Notes: generated from the sequence alone by a model not told the origin. A stretch of DNA of 64,000 bases from an uncultured Mobiluncus sp. (GCF_947254095.1 NZ_CAMYBV010000003.1:32565-96564); one strand, 5' to 3'; counted from the first letter of the stretch, positions 9,528 through 19,424 are shown. Translations and numbers: made by a program.

Positions 9528-10802
9528 TCAGTTTTCCCCAGTTTGGCGGGGCACTTTCATCGCGACTTCGCAGCCGCTAGACCCCGACCGAATGGTCGCG
9601 GTGCCGCCGTGGCGCTCGAGCCTTTCAATGATGGAATGTTTCACGCCTTGGTGTCCTTGCGGGATAGCCGCAATGTCGAATCCGGAGCCGTGATCGCGCA
9701 CGAAACATTCCACCGCATCCGACCCTACTTCCAGATAGACCGAAAACGGAGGCTTTCCATGGCGAGCCGCGTTTGTCAGGGCTTCCCTCGTCGCCGCCAC
9801 CAGCGGCTCGGACCACGGTCCTGGAACCGCGTCTCCCACCGTGATAGTGTCCAACACTACCCCGTAACGGTCCTCAATCTCGCCGGCCAGCTCCTTAATG
9901 ATTTGGGACAGGGATGAGTCCGCGTGGCCGCGATCTTCGTAGAGCCAAGAGCGCAACTGACGTTCCTCGGCACGAGCCAGTTTCGCGACTTCCGGGGCGT
10001 CGTCGGCTCGCGCACGAATCAGCGCAAGGGTTTGCAGCACAGAATCGTGCAGGTGAGCGGCCATATCGGCGCGGACAGTTTGGCGGGTTTGCTCGGCCAG
10101 AGACGCCTTGTAAGACATCCAAAAGCGTGCCCAGAGCGGCAAAACTGCCAAGCTCAGCACCGCGATGACGACCAGGGTGATGAGTCCTCCGCGCAGTGCG
10201 TCACCCAGACTGATGGTTCCAGAAAATCCAATCATGACCGCAAAAATCACCAGGAGGGCTCCGGGAATGGCAAAGCCCAGAAACCGTCCCATTCGCAGCT
10301 CGACCAGAGAAGACCCGGCGGAAGCCCCCACCCAAATCAGAGCGATACCGGTGATGAGGATGATGATGGCGATGAGGGGACGCAAATCACTCATGATTTT
10401 CGGACCAGAATAGGCTCCGAAGACAGCTATGGCGATTAACCCCAGCGCCAGCAAAATTGCCGGAACCGTCACATTTCGCCAGCGGTCATTACTGCCAAAA
10501 TTCCCCCCGAGCTGCGCGTTAGGGTTCGCCAGTCGCGAATCTCCGGCAAACGGCACACCCGCCTGGACCCCGGGGTTTCCCCGCGGCACAAAAATCCATA
10601 ACCAGGCGTAGAGCAACAGACTAACCCCGGTGGGAGCTAAAACCACCAGGATGAGCCGCACCAGCCACAGCGGCATTCCCAGATGCAGCGCCAATCCTGC
10701 GGCCACCCCAGCCAGAACCCCGTCTTTGCCGGGCGGAACCGTCCCAGACACGGGACGGCGCAGCGGAGGGCGCATACGGGGGGGTGCATCAGATGTGGCC
10801 AT
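9528..10802 (-). CDS. PspC-domain sensor histidine kinase (HisKA_3/HATPase_c)
   Basis: N-terminal PspC-like segment (VLAGVAAGLALHLGMPLWLVRLILVVLAPTGVSLLLYAWLWIFVP). H-box AAHLHDSVLQTLALI. C-terminal ATPase domain. Pairs with the downstream response regulator. Confidence 0.85.
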   Translation of the reverse strand: MATSDAPPRMRPPLRRPVSGTVPPGKDGVLAGVAAGLALHLGMPLWLVRLILVVLAPTGVSLLLYAWLWIFVPRGNPGVQAGVPFAGDSRLANPNAQLGGNFGSNDRWRNVTVPAILLALGLIAIAVFGAYSGPKIMSDLRPLIAIIILITGIALIWVGASAGSSLVELRMGRFLGFAIPGALLVIFAVMIGFSGTISLGDALRGGLITLVVIAVLSLAVLPLWARFWMSYKASLAEQTRQTVRADMAAHLHDSVLQTLALIRARADDAPEVAKLARAEERQLRSWLYEDRGHADSSLSQIIKELAGEIEDRYGVVLDTITVGDAVPGPWSEPLVAATREALTNAARHGKPPFSVYLEVGSDAVECFVRDHGSGFDIAAIPQGHQGVKHSIIERLERHGGTATIRSGSSGCEVAMKVPRQTGEN

Positions 10803-10851
10803 AAATCCAGTTTGCCACGGCTTGGCGGGGTTTCGCCCGGCTTAAGGGATT

Positions 10852-10871
10852 AATCAGGGACAAATCAGGGA
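10852..10871. promoter_or_regulatory. Direct repeat AATCAGGGA-N2-AATCAGGGA (11-bp spacing) in the divergent promoter between the PspC-kinase operon and the PspC membrane protein gene. Candidate response-regulator operator.
   Basis: Seen directly: aatcagggacaaatcaggga. A one-helical-turn direct repeat is typical of NarL-family regulator sites. Confidence 0.4.
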
Positions 10872-10915
10872 TAACCCCCATAGCCACCGGGCGCTGCAGC
10901 GGCAATGATGGAAAC

Positions 10916-13357
10916 ATGGAAGAAAACATGAACCCAGATCAAGCAACTGACGCAGTTCCTCCCGCTGGGGGCGAGCCTCCCCAAGGCGGCGAGATTTCCG
11001 GCGCGAACGAGACTGCGGATACGAACGCGGCTGCCGGGGCAAACGCGGCTACCGGTGCGGCCCCCTCTAGTTCCGCGAACCCAACCGAGACCGGTGATGC
11101 CGCATTCGGCACGCCCAACCCGGGAGCACCTAACTCGCAGACACCCAATCCGCAGGTACCTTACCCGGACGGGACAAACTACGGAACCGCGGGCTACCCC
11201 AGTTCGGGCACTTTCCCGAGCAACGGCGCAAACTATGGAACCGCGGGCGCGGGAGGCTACCCCGGAGGCCAAGATTCCACCGGAGCGGCATGGATGCGGT
11301 CCAATAACCGAGTCATCGGCGGAGTTTGTGCGGGAATCGCCTCACGCCTGAACATCGACCCCGTAATCGTGCGCGGTTTAGCTGTGGTCGGTTTGCTGTT
11401 CTTTGGGGTTATTCCCTTGCTCTACGGGGCGCTGTGGTTGTGGATGCCCAGCCAAACCACCGGACGCAGCTTGTGGACCGATTGGCGCGCCGGCGTGCCC
11501 AACCAGGGCGGTGGTGTCGCCGGCTCAATTCTGTTGATGTTTTTCGGGGCGATGCGGATGCTGCCCCAAGGTATTTTCCTGTTCGATGTATTTGACATCT
11601 GGGACGGTGGGGACAAATTTGGCGATTTACTCGCGTTCTTTTTTATAGCTCTGGTTTTGTGCTTGCTGCTGGCGCCCCTAGCCGTGGTGGTGCTGGTCAT
11701 CGTTCACTTTGCGAACCGGAATAAGGCCGGTATGCCGCCAGCCGGGAACGCTTACGTTCCTGGCCCCACCGGCTTTGTTTCCACCCCTCAGGCACCCACT
11801 GATCCAGCCCCCGCGGACAGCCTTCACGATGCCTTCGCTTCCCCCGCAGCACCGGCCACCGGCTTCACCCCGCCTACTACCAGCTTTGCGGCTCCCACCA
11901 CCGGCTTTACGGCTCCAAACCCGGGCTTCACCGTCCCCGCTGCCGGCTCCGCAGCTCCCAGCACCACCTCGACCATGTCTGCCCCACCTCATCCGCAACC
12001 AAGGACGATTTTGGCACCGCGCATTCCCGGACCGAGCCGCGCGCTCAGTCTCACGATTTGCGGACTGACGCTGCTGTCGATTTTCACCGGCATCTTGCTG
12101 CCCTTGATAGGGGTGCTCGATCCGCTCAGTTCCGCGCTTTTGGCGGTCGGCCTGCTGACGATGGTGCTGGGGGGTGGCATGTTGGTAGCAGCCCTGCAGA
12201 AACGACGGACGGGCTGGCTTGCCGTCGTCACCCCACTGGTGATTCTGTTCGTGACGCTGCCCCTGGCAACAGTGGGAATGTCCGTGATGCCCCAGCTGCG
12301 CGAGCTGCGTTCCACCATTGACTGGGGTGATGTTCCCGAAACGTTTAGCTACCAGAGCAACGATTTGCGCCCCGGAGATGAACTTAAAGCCGTTCGCGGC
12401 AACGCGAACATTGACCTGCGTGCCACAAACCTGGGGAAACCCATCAAAGTCAATCTGGTTAACGGGGACGTTTCCATATACACACTCCCGAACCAAAACG
12501 TTGCCTTGGATATCAACTTGGCGCAGGGCAGCGTGACGACTTCCACCCTGAAAGACAGCAAATGGAACATGGACGAAACCTTTTTAAAGTCCTCTTCAAA
12601 AGAGACGCACCGCCCGCAATACTTCACTATGGACGGCAATCAGCGCGTGGAATTCGTGGATCGGACCAAGGAATATGAGGCCGCTAACATCAGTCTGGGC
12701 AGTTCAGAGGTGACGAAATTAAAAATCCAACACGACGTCCCGCTGTCGGACAACACGCCAGGAAACCAGACAAAACCCCAAACCATCGAAATCAACCTGG
12801 CACACGGAACCGTGTCACTCTACGAACGTCCCCCCGTAGATTTATGGAACGGAGCGGTGCTGCCTGACGGGCATTTCCTGGTCAACTATGTGCTAAATGG
12901 CCGGGATTTGATGACTGCCAATCTGCAGGAATACAACAGCACTGAGGTCGGCTCTGAAAACGAGAGTAGCGCCGCACTGCGCGAGTTTCGCCGCCGCGCC
13001 GTATCCGGGGACGGAGTTATCGAGATTAATAGGACCGGCGGAGTTGAGGGTGACCCCATAGCGCTGGGCGGACAAGGCGTGGCTGAACTGGACATAGACA
13101 ACACATTAACCCTCGCTGACGTTCAGGCAGGCAAGGCCGGGACGTGGACGGACGCGAACCACGACGGATTCAACGACCTGTTCCAGCCCGGCGGCAGCAA
13201 GTGGAAACCCGGCGATAACCTGTTTGACCCGCTAAACGGAACCCCGCGTTCCGCGGGGATGTCCAACGGAACACCAAGCATACCTGCGACACCGGTTCCC
13301 CCGGATTCATCCACAACACCTTCCCCGTACCGCGCCCCCGACCTTGAGAACAATTAA
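10916..13357 (+). CDS. PspC-domain membrane protein with long Pro/Thr/Gly-rich low-complexity regions and a large extracytoplasmic domain
   Basis: PspC N-terminal motif MRSNNRVIGGVCAGIASRLNIDPVIVRGLAVVGLLFFGVIPLLYGALWLWMP. Several transmembrane segments. Tandem FTPPTTSFAAPTTGFTAPNPGFT repeats. Confidence 0.8.
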   Translation: MEENMNPDQATDAVPPAGGEPPQGGEISGANETADTNAAAGANAATGAAPSSSANPTETGDAAFGTPNPGAPNSQTPNPQVPYPDGTNYGTAGYPSSGTFPSNGANYGTAGAGGYPGGQDSTGAAWMRSNNRVIGGVCAGIASRLNIDPVIVRGLAVVGLLFFGVIPLLYGALWLWMPSQTTGRSLWTDWRAGVPNQGGGVAGSILLMFFGAMRMLPQGIFLFDVFDIWDGGDKFGDLLAFFFIALVLCLLLAPLAVVVLVIVHFANRNKAGMPPAGNAYVPGPTGFVSTPQAPTDPAPADSLHDAFASPAAPATGFTPPTTSFAAPTTGFTAPNPGFTVPAAGSAAPSTTSTMSAPPHPQPRTILAPRIPGPSRALSLTICGLTLLSIFTGILLPLIGVLDPLSSALLAVGLLTMVLGGGMLVAALQKRRTGWLAVVTPLVILFVTLPLATVGMSVMPQLRELRSTIDWGDVPETFSYQSNDLRPGDELKAVRGNANIDLRATNLGKPIKVNLVNGDVSIYTLPNQNVALDINLAQGSVTTSTLKDSKWNMDETFLKSSSKETHRPQYFTMDGNQRVEFVDRTKEYEAANISLGSSEVTKLKIQHDVPLSDNTPGNQTKPQTIEINLAHGTVSLYERPPVDLWNGAVLPDGHFLVNYVLNGRDLMTANLQEYNSTEVGSENESSAALREFRRRAVSGDGVIEINRTGGVEGDPIALGGQGVAELDIDNTLTLADVQAGKAGTWTDANHDGFNDLFQPGGSKWKPGDNLFDPLNGTPRSAGMSNGTPSIPATPVPPDSSTTPSPYRAPDLENN

Positions 13358-13360
13358 CAG

Positions 13361-13627
13361 GTGACAACTATGGAAAACACAACAGAAACCATCTCCCTCT
13401 CCCCCAACTTGGAGCCAGAGAAAACACCGGAACCACCCTTGGAACCCCGCCGTGAGCATCGCAGCCTGGCCGCCATCGCCTTCAGCGTGGTGTTTATCCT
13501 GATTGGTTTGGTAGTTTTCGGCGCCGCCCTGGGCGTCGTCGTGTCGCTGTGGACGCTGGTCCTGCTGGTATTCGGGACCTCCGGGATCGCCCTGCTGGTT
13601 AGCGCCCTGGCGGAATCACGCCGCTAG
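13361..13627 (+). CDS. Small membrane protein (2 transmembrane segments) downstream of the PspC-domain gene
   Basis: 88-aa ORF with hydrophobic helices (AAIAFSVVFILIGLVVFGAALGVVVSLWTLVLLVFGTSGIALLVSAL). It starts 4 nt after the preceding stop. Confidence 0.5.
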   Translation: MTTMENTTETISLSPNLEPEKTPEPPLEPRREHRSLAAIAFSVVFILIGLVVFGAALGVVVSLWTLVLLVFGTSGIALLVSALAESRR

Positions 13628-13639
13628 AGCGCACGGAGA

Positions 13640-14989
13640 CTAACGCTGCGCGCGTAGCTGAGCGGTATCGAAAGAGTCGCGGCCTTCGGCCTGCAGCGCC
13701 TCCAGCGGATAGTTCTGTTTGAACTTGAACCAATGCCGCTGGGTGGAAAGCCACACATAGAGACGACGCCGCAGGTATCGCAGGGAAAACTGTCTTTCCG
13801 CCGGAGCGAGCAAAGGATTAAAGACTTTGCCCGACCGGTGCAGCGACTGGACTTGACGGCGCACCTGACCGGTCGTGTACTTCAAAATCAGACGTAACGG
13901 CAGCACCGTATAGAGAACCGTGTCGAAGTGAGACTTCGGCTCAGTAGGTCGGTTATAGATGATGTCGTTAATCAAAGCGGGCAGCGGGTTATTTCCGGCA
14001 GCGGTGTTGTAATACAGGTTCCTGCCGATACGGGGGTTGACCTCAAAGAAGTAAGCCTGACCGGTGGCACTGTCGACCTTGACATCAAAGTTTGCGAAGC
14101 CATGCCAGCCGATGCCGGTCAGGAAATCGCTGGCCTGACGATACAGTTCAGGGTAGCTTTCCGTAATCATCGCGGCCGGAATGCCCAGGGCGGTCGGAAC
14201 GTGGTCTTCCAGCAGCACGTGAGCCGACCCCAGGAAACTAACCCGTTTGTCCGCGTCCACATACACCGTTATGGACAAGCTGTGCGTGTCGTTTCCGGAC
14301 ACCCGCGGCTGGGCCACGAACCGGCGCGCATCCGGGTTTCCGGCAGTGTGCGTTTCCAGCTCCTCCAGAATCGCTCGAGCCCGGCGCGGACTATCAACTG
14401 TATAAACCTTGGCTTTGCCCGGCCAGCGCAGCCGCTCGTAACCGTAGGACTGGCTCGGCTTGATAATCAGCGGATATTTGTCCCCCAGGGTTTCGGTGAT
14501 GGCGTCCATCAGGGCGGTCGTTCCAGCATCGAGATTGAGCTCCAGAGTAGTGGGAACCCGCAACCCGTACTTTTCGGCAGCCTGGGCGAAATGCGCCTTG
14601 TCATTGGTCAGTTCGATGACGTCCACGCTGGGGAAAGCAAAGCGATAGTAAGGAGCCAGCCGAGAAGCGTTTTGTTGGATATTGACAACGTGGGTATCTT
14701 GGTTCGCCACCAACACCAGCGGGGTGTCCGGGTAACGCGCCGCCAGTTCGGGACCCATCTCTATGAGTTTTTCGATGAAAGCACTGAGGTTTGGGTCGAC
14801 GCTGCTTTCGTCTATCTCTATCGCGTCAAGCAGACGAGAGTGGCGAATCGGCCCCAGCACCAGAGGGGTAATTATCAGAGATTTCACATGCCATTGCTCA
14901 TAAAATGACCGCGCAAACGCATACGTTCCAATGTTGCCGGACAGGATAATTGGCAAAAACGGTGCACCGGACTTTTCAGCTGTGTTCAT
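13640..14989 (-). CDS. ATP-grasp family carboxylate-amine ligase (possibly D-aspartate-ligase-like cell-wall enzyme)
   Basis: ATP-grasp signatures YPLIIKPSQSYGYERL..., FANFDVKVDSATGQAYFFEVNPRIGRNLYY. ~450 aa, like Aslfm-type ligases. The specific substrate is inference. Confidence 0.7.
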   Translation of the reverse strand: MNTAEKSGAPFLPIILSGNIGTYAFARSFYEQWHVKSLIITPLVLGPIRHSRLLDAIEIDESSVDPNLSAFIEKLIEMGPELAARYPDTPLVLVANQDTHVVNIQQNASRLAPYYRFAFPSVDVIELTNDKAHFAQAAEKYGLRVPTTLELNLDAGTTALMDAITETLGDKYPLIIKPSQSYGYERLRWPGKAKVYTVDSPRRARAILEELETHTAGNPDARRFVAQPRVSGNDTHSLSITVYVDADKRVSFLGSAHVLLEDHVPTALGIPAAMITESYPELYRQASDFLTGIGWHGFANFDVKVDSATGQAYFFEVNPRIGRNLYYNTAAGNNPLPALINDIIYNRPTEPKSHFDTVLYTVLPLRLILKYTTGQVRRQVQSLHRSGKVFNPLLAPAERQFSLRYLRRRLYVWLSTQRHWFKFKQNYPLEALQAEGRDSFDTAQLRAQR

Positions 14990-15065
14990 TGATACTCTCC
15001 TCTAATAGGTGACCCGGCGAGGGAATATCCCCCGCCGAGCCACCGTAGTTTTCGATAGCGTTACT

Positions 15066-17447
15066 CTATGAGAAATCGCGATCATCCTCGCCGCGAGAAC
15101 GATGCGTCCGCCGGCGAGCCCGCTCCCGCGGACGGCGCGGTTCGCTGCTGTCACGCGGATCACGGCGTTCACGGTCACGCGGATCGTGGCTCTCAGAAGT
15201 TTCGTTCTGTTCAGATTCCGAATCCGCTGCGACTTCGCCGTCCTCATCGTCTACCACGGCGTGCAGGGAGAGCTTGCCGCGCTGGTCGATTTCGGCAACC
15301 TCGACCTGAACCTGCTGGCCGACCTGGAGCACGTCCTCGACGTTTTCCACACGTTTGCCGCCGACCAGGCGACGAATCTGGGAGATGTGGAGCAAACCGT
15401 CCTTGCCGGGGGTCAAGGAAATGAACGCCCCGAACGTGGTCGTTTTCACCACGGTACCAACGAAACGTTCGCCAACCTCGGGCATCTGGGGGTTCGCAAT
15501 CGCGTTCACGGCGTCACGAGCGGCCTCGGCGGCCGGACCGTTATCCGCCCCGATGTAGACGGTGCCGTCGTCCTCAATGGTCAGCTCAGCGCCGGTGTCC
15601 TCTTGAATCTGGTTAATCATCTTTCCTTTCGGACCGATGACCTCACCAATCTTGTCCACCGGGATATTCACGGTGAGGATACGCGGCGCGGTCGGGGCCA
15701 GTTCATCAGGCCCGTCAATAGCGGCGTGCATCACGTCTAGAATCTTTAGGCGAGCGTCGCGGGCTTGGCCCAGGGCACCCTTTAAGACGTCGGCAGGAAT
15801 GCCATCAAGTTTCGTGTCCAGCTGCAGGGCAGTAATAAAGTCCTTAGTGCCGGCTACCTTGAAGTCCATGTCACCAAAAGCGTCTTCTGCGCCCAAGATG
15901 TCGGTCAGGGTCGCGAACTGGGTGCCGTTTTCGCCCGGTTCACTCATCAGGCCCATCGCGATGCCGGCAATCGGGGCGCGCAGCGGCACACCAGCGTTCA
16001 ACAGGGACAGCGTGGAGGCGCAAACCGAACCCATCGAGGACGAGCCGTTCGAGCCCATAATCTCGCTGACCTGGCGAATCGCGTAGGGGAACTCCTCGCG
16101 AGCCGGAATGACCGGCTCCAGTGCCATCTCTGCCAGGTGGCCGTGACCAATCTCGCGGCGCTTGGGGGAACCGACCCGACCGGTCTCACCGGTGCAGTAG
16201 GGCGGGAAGTTGTACTGGTGCATATAGCGTTTGTGCGTCAGCGGGGACAGATTGTCCAACTGCTGTTCCATGCGCAACATATTGAGCGTGGTCACCCCCA
16301 GAACCTGGGTTTCCCCGCGCTGGAACAGAGCCGAGCCGTGAACCCGAGGCAGCACCTCGACCTCAGCAGACAGGGAGCGAATATCTTTCAGCCCACGGCC
16401 GTCGATACGTTTGCCTTCGTGCAGTACCCGGGCGCGCACCAACTTCTTTTCCAAAGCCTTAAAGGCAGCCTTAAGTTCCTTTTCCTGTTCCTCGAACTCG
16501 CCGCCTTCCACCGCGAGCTTCTCGATGGCGGCATCGCGGATTTCGGTCTCGCGATTCTCTCGAGTCAGCTTGTCGGCAATCTGGATAGCCGCGGTCAAAT
16601 CGGTTTCTACCTCGGCTTTCATCGCCTCAAAGTGGTTGTCCTCGTAGTCGGGGAACAGCGGATATTCCTGGGTTTCCTTGGCGGCCTTGGCAGCCACTTC
16701 GGATTGGGCGCGGCACAGTTCCTTAATGAAAGGCTTGGCCGCGTCCAGCGCGCTGGCCACAAAGTCCTCGGTCGGAGCCTGTTTGCCCTCTTGAATCAGG
16801 TCCCAGGCGTATTCGCCGCCGCCGGCTTCCACCATCATGATGGCCACGTCTTCTTCGGGGGTGCCCTCGTTGACGACACGACCGGCGATGACCATGTTGA
16901 ACGTGGATTGTTCCATCTCGGGGTAGGTCGGGAACGCCACCCACTGCCCTTCAATCAAGGCCAGGCGGGTGCCGCCGATGGGTCCAGAGAACGGCAACCC
17001 AGCCAACTGGGTCGCCATCGAGGAGGCGTTGATAGCCACTACGTCATAAGCGTGGTCGGGGTGGATTGACAGGACGGTGTCAACGACCTGGACCTCGTTG
17101 CGCAGCCCCTTTACGAAAGCCGGACGCAGCGGGCGGTCAATCAGGCGGGCCGCCAGGATAGCCTCGGTACCGGGGCGGCCTTCACGACGGAAGAACGATC
17201 CGGGAATACGTCCCGCGGCGTATTGCTTTTCCTCAACGTCTACGGTCAAGGGGAAAAAGTCGAATTGATCTTTCGGTTGCTTACCAACCGTGGTGGCTGC
17301 GAACACAACGGTTTCCCCGTCCAGGGTGACCATTGCCGAACCGGCAGCCTGCTGAGCCAAAAGGCCCGTTTCAAAGCGCAGGACGCGCTTGCCAAATTTA
17401 CCATTGTCGATGACGGCTTCCGCCGCCGTGATTTCGGGTCCCTCCAA
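15066..17447 (-). CDS. pnp: Polyribonucleotide nucleotidyltransferase (PNPase) with unusual charged C-terminal tail
   Basis: Two RNase PH domains, KH and S1 domain. TTG start with GAGAGGGGGA RBS. C-terminal extension [61 protein letters not shown]. Confidence 0.95.
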   Translation of the reverse strand: MEGPEITAAEAVIDNGKFGKRVLRFETGLLAQQAAGSAMVTLDGETVVFAATTVGKQPKDQFDFFPLTVDVEEKQYAAGRIPGSFFRREGRPGTEAILAARLIDRPLRPAFVKGLRNEVQVVDTVLSIHPDHAYDVVAINASSMATQLAGLPFSGPIGGTRLALIEGQWVAFPTYPEMEQSTFNMVIAGRVVNEGTPEEDVAIMMVEAGGGEYAWDLIQEGKQAPTEDFVASALDAAKPFIKELCRAQSEVAAKAAKETQEYPLFPDYEDNHFEAMKAEVETDLTAAIQIADKLTRENRETEIRDAAIEKLAVEGGEFEEQEKELKAAFKALEKKLVRARVLHEGKRIDGRGLKDIRSLSAEVEVLPRVHGSALFQRGETQVLGVTTLNMLRMEQQLDNLSPLTHKRYMHQYNFPPYCTGETGRVGSPKRREIGHGHLAEMALEPVIPAREEFPYAIRQVSEIMGSNGSSSMGSVCASTLSLLNAGVPLRAPIAGIAMGLMSEPGENGTQFATLTDILGAEDAFGDMDFKVAGTKDFITALQLDTKLDGIPADVLKGALGQARDARLKILDVMHAAIDGPDELAPTAPRILTVNIPVDKIGEVIGPKGKMINQIQEDTGAELTIEDDGTVYIGADNGPAAEAARDAVNAIANPQMPEVGERFVGTVVKTTTFGAFISLTPGKDGLLHISQIRRLVGGKRVENVEDVLQVGQQVQVEVAEIDQRGKLSLHAVVDDEDGEVAADSESEQNETSESHDPRDRERRDPRDSSEPRRPRERARRRTHRSRGEDDRDFS

Positions 17448-17617
17448 GGGATCCCCCTCTCTTTGTTCAGCGCGGCGGTCATCGATCGAGGCCCACTGGG
17501 CTGGCTCTCCGCAAACCTCACCGGACGAACCGGGACACTTGCGGCAGTCCAGGAGGCCACTACCGAGGACCGATTAACGCTGGATTCCTACATATATCAG
17601 CCGGACAATACCGGCAT

Positions 17618-17649
17618 GAAAAGAAAGCTGACCGGTGACCGGCCAGCTT
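17618..17649 (-). terminator. rpsO-proximal intrinsic terminator/attenuator in the rpsO-pnp intercistronic region
   Basis: On the minus strand, AGCTGGCCGGTCACCGGTCAGCT (11-bp stem including one G-U pair) followed by TTCTTTTC, 5 nt after the rpsO stop. A second hairpin GCCGGtattgtCCGGC lies just downstream. Confidence 0.55.
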
Positions 17650-17654
17650 AGTTA

Positions 17655-17924
17655 CTATTTACGCAAACCGAGGCGCTCTTTGAGGCTGCGGTAGCGTTCG
17701 ATGTCGACGTCCTGCAAGTAGCCCAGCAGACGCTTGCGCTGGCCGACCAGCAGCATCAAACCACGACGGGAATGATGGTCATGTTCGTGAGTCTTAAAGT
17801 GCTCGGTCAGGTCCTTAATCCGCTTGGACAACAGGGCGATTTGCACTTCGGGGGAACCAGTGTCCCCGGGATGAGTCGCGTATTCGTTGATGATTGCTTG
17901 CTTTTCTTCCTTGGTCAGTGCCAC
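17655..17924 (-). CDS. rpsO: 30S ribosomal protein S15
   Basis: [72 protein letters not shown] start with AAGGAGA RBS. Confidence 0.95.
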   Translation of the reverse strand: MALTKEEKQAIINEYATHPGDTGSPEVQIALLSKRIKDLTEHFKTHEHDHHSRRGLMLLVGQRKRLLGYLQDVDIERYRSLKERLGLRK

Positions 17925-18039
17925 AGGTTCTCCTTAGATTAACTCGTTGCGCGCAGCGCCCAGGCTTTTCCTGGGGCATCGGCAGCGCGGCCGACATGAC
18001 GGCTGTACAAGTTTAGCAAACACCCCGCATTCAAGCGAA

Positions 18040-18241
18040 TTTTCTTTGTTTTTCAATAGCGCGGGTCGGCGCGGTATCGCTCGTGGGGGGGCTCGCGGGG
18101 GACCTAGGGAGGGGCACGGGTCCCCCTCGTTTTCGTTGCAAAGCAACGAAAACATACCCCCTAGTCCCCCGCCTGAGTACCCCCACTTTCGCTCAGCCGC
18201 GCCGCCTTGCGGGAAACGTTGCATTTGCAGGGCGGGTTTTT
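18040..18241. other. Hairpin-dense GC-rich element upstream of rpsO. Candidate structured RNA (S15 leader on the minus strand, or a plus-strand sRNA ending at a hairpin plus T5).
   Basis: GGGGGAC-N16-GTCCCCC hairpin (18097-18126). Perfect 11-bp palindrome GTTTTCGTTGC-aaa-GCAACGAAAAC (18129-18153). CTGAG-N14-CTCAG. CCGCC...GGCGG followed by GTTTTT (18202-18241). C-rich stretches. No ORF with a plausible protein. Confidence 0.25.
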
Positions 18242-18290
18242 GGGAAAACTTGAATTTTTAGCTGGGCAGGCTGTTTGGCTTTAGGGCTGA

Positions 18291-19346
18291 TTATTTGGCA
18301 AGAATCAATTTGCCGAACGGACGGTTGGTTTTGGCTCCAAGGACTTCGTGAGCTTGAGCGACTTTGGCGAAAGGGTACGTTTCGGCAATAACCGGGCGGA
18401 TTTGGCCGGATTCGACAGCGGGCCAAACGTATTCACCAACTGCTTGAACCAGGTCAACCTTGGTGTCCGTATCCAACGTGCGAATGGTGGAACCTTGCAA
18501 AGTCGCCTGTTTTTGCAAAAAATATGCCAAATCGATTTCCCCGCGTGCTCCCTTTTGCAGTCCGATAATGCTTAAACGTCCCCCGGTCTTTAAAAGATTG
18601 AGATTCGATCCCAGCCCTCCGGCCCCACTGACATCCAAAATCAGGTCAAACCCTAAACAGTCAGTCACGTCCTCGAACGCTTTTTTCAGCGATTCTTCGT
18701 CACGGTAGTCCGCCACGCCGTCAGCTCCCAGCAGGGTCACTTTTTGGCGACGGGCTTCGTCCCCGGCGGTAGCCGCCACGTTGGCACCCAGCGCCTTGGC
18801 CAGTTGCACCGCAACGGTCCCGACCCCACCGCTTCCGCCTTGAATCAGCACGCTGAAGCCAACTGGGTAGCGCCAGCTTTCCCCGTATGGGTCGCGGCCT
18901 GCCAGGAAGCCGTCGCGCGGCCCATCCATCCAGGTTATCCGTGGTTCCAAATTGACCAGGTTATGCCAGGAGGTCACCGCTGCCTCCAGCAGCGCCGCCC
19001 CGGCCACATAGCCGTCCAAGCGTCCCACCACCGGCACCGGCAGGCACAGGTCAGGATTAGCCACGCAGTATTCCGCCTGGGCACCACCTTCCACCAAGGC
19101 CACCACCGCACGTCCCAGCCAAGCCGAGTCAACACCCGACCCCACCTCCACGACGGTGCCGGCGGCCTCCAACCCGAGCGTAGGCGGCGCCCCGGCAGGC
19201 GGCGGATAATGGCCTGCCACCTGCAGCAAGTCCGCTCGGTTCACTCCCGCGGCCGCCACTTCAATGAGAATCTGTCCGGCACCGACCTGGGGACGGTCCG
19301 CCTCGACCAGGACCGGCACACCGTCAACGCCCTGTACGCTCCACAT
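18291..19346 (-). CDS. NADPH:quinone oxidoreductase / zinc-type alcohol dehydrogenase-like (MDR family)
   Basis: MDR family N-terminus VLVEADRPQVGAGQILIEVAAAGVNRADLLQVAGHYPPPAGAPPTLGLEAAGTVVEVG, and Rossmann GxGxxG. Confidence 0.8.
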   Translation of the reverse strand: MWSVQGVDGVPVLVEADRPQVGAGQILIEVAAAGVNRADLLQVAGHYPPPAGAPPTLGLEAAGTVVEVGSGVDSAWLGRAVVALVEGGAQAEYCVANPDLCLPVPVVGRLDGYVAGAALLEAAVTSWHNLVNLEPRITWMDGPRDGFLAGRDPYGESWRYPVGFSVLIQGGSGGVGTVAVQLAKALGANVAATAGDEARRQKVTLLGADGVADYRDEESLKKAFEDVTDCLGFDLILDVSGAGGLGSNLNLLKTGGRLSIIGLQKGARGEIDLAYFLQKQATLQGSTIRTLDTDTKVDLVQAVGEYVWPAVESGQIRPVIAETYPFAKVAQAHEVLGAKTNRPFGKLILAK

Positions 19347-19351
19347 GAAAA

Positions 19352-19392
19352 CCCCCTTGCTTTAAGTCTTTTCCAAGTCTAAAGCAAGGGGG
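19352..19392 (-). terminator. Strong hairpin terminator after the CWB2 gene, abutting the quinone oxidoreductase start codon
   Basis: Perfect 13-bp inverted repeat CCCCCTTGCTTTA / TAAAGCAAGGGGG with a 15-nt loop. On the minus strand it is followed by TTTTCATG, where ATG is the oxidoreductase start. Confidence 0.6.
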
Positions 19393-19424
19393 TCAATGAA
19401 ATCAGCGAAGCAGCCCCGCGAGCG

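Noticed and set aside
13928-14908. 326-aa plus-strand ORF antisense to the ATP-grasp gene
   Set aside because: No recognisable domain and Arg/Gly-rich. The opposite strand has clear ATP-grasp motifs.
16137-17069. 310-aa plus-strand ORF antisense to pnp
   Set aside because: Antisense to an unambiguous PNPase gene. The translation is low complexity.
18129-18153. Perfect 11-bp palindrome considered as an intrinsic terminator for the oxidoreductase gene
   Set aside because: On the minus strand it is not followed by a T-tract. It is kept instead as part of the structured-element finding.
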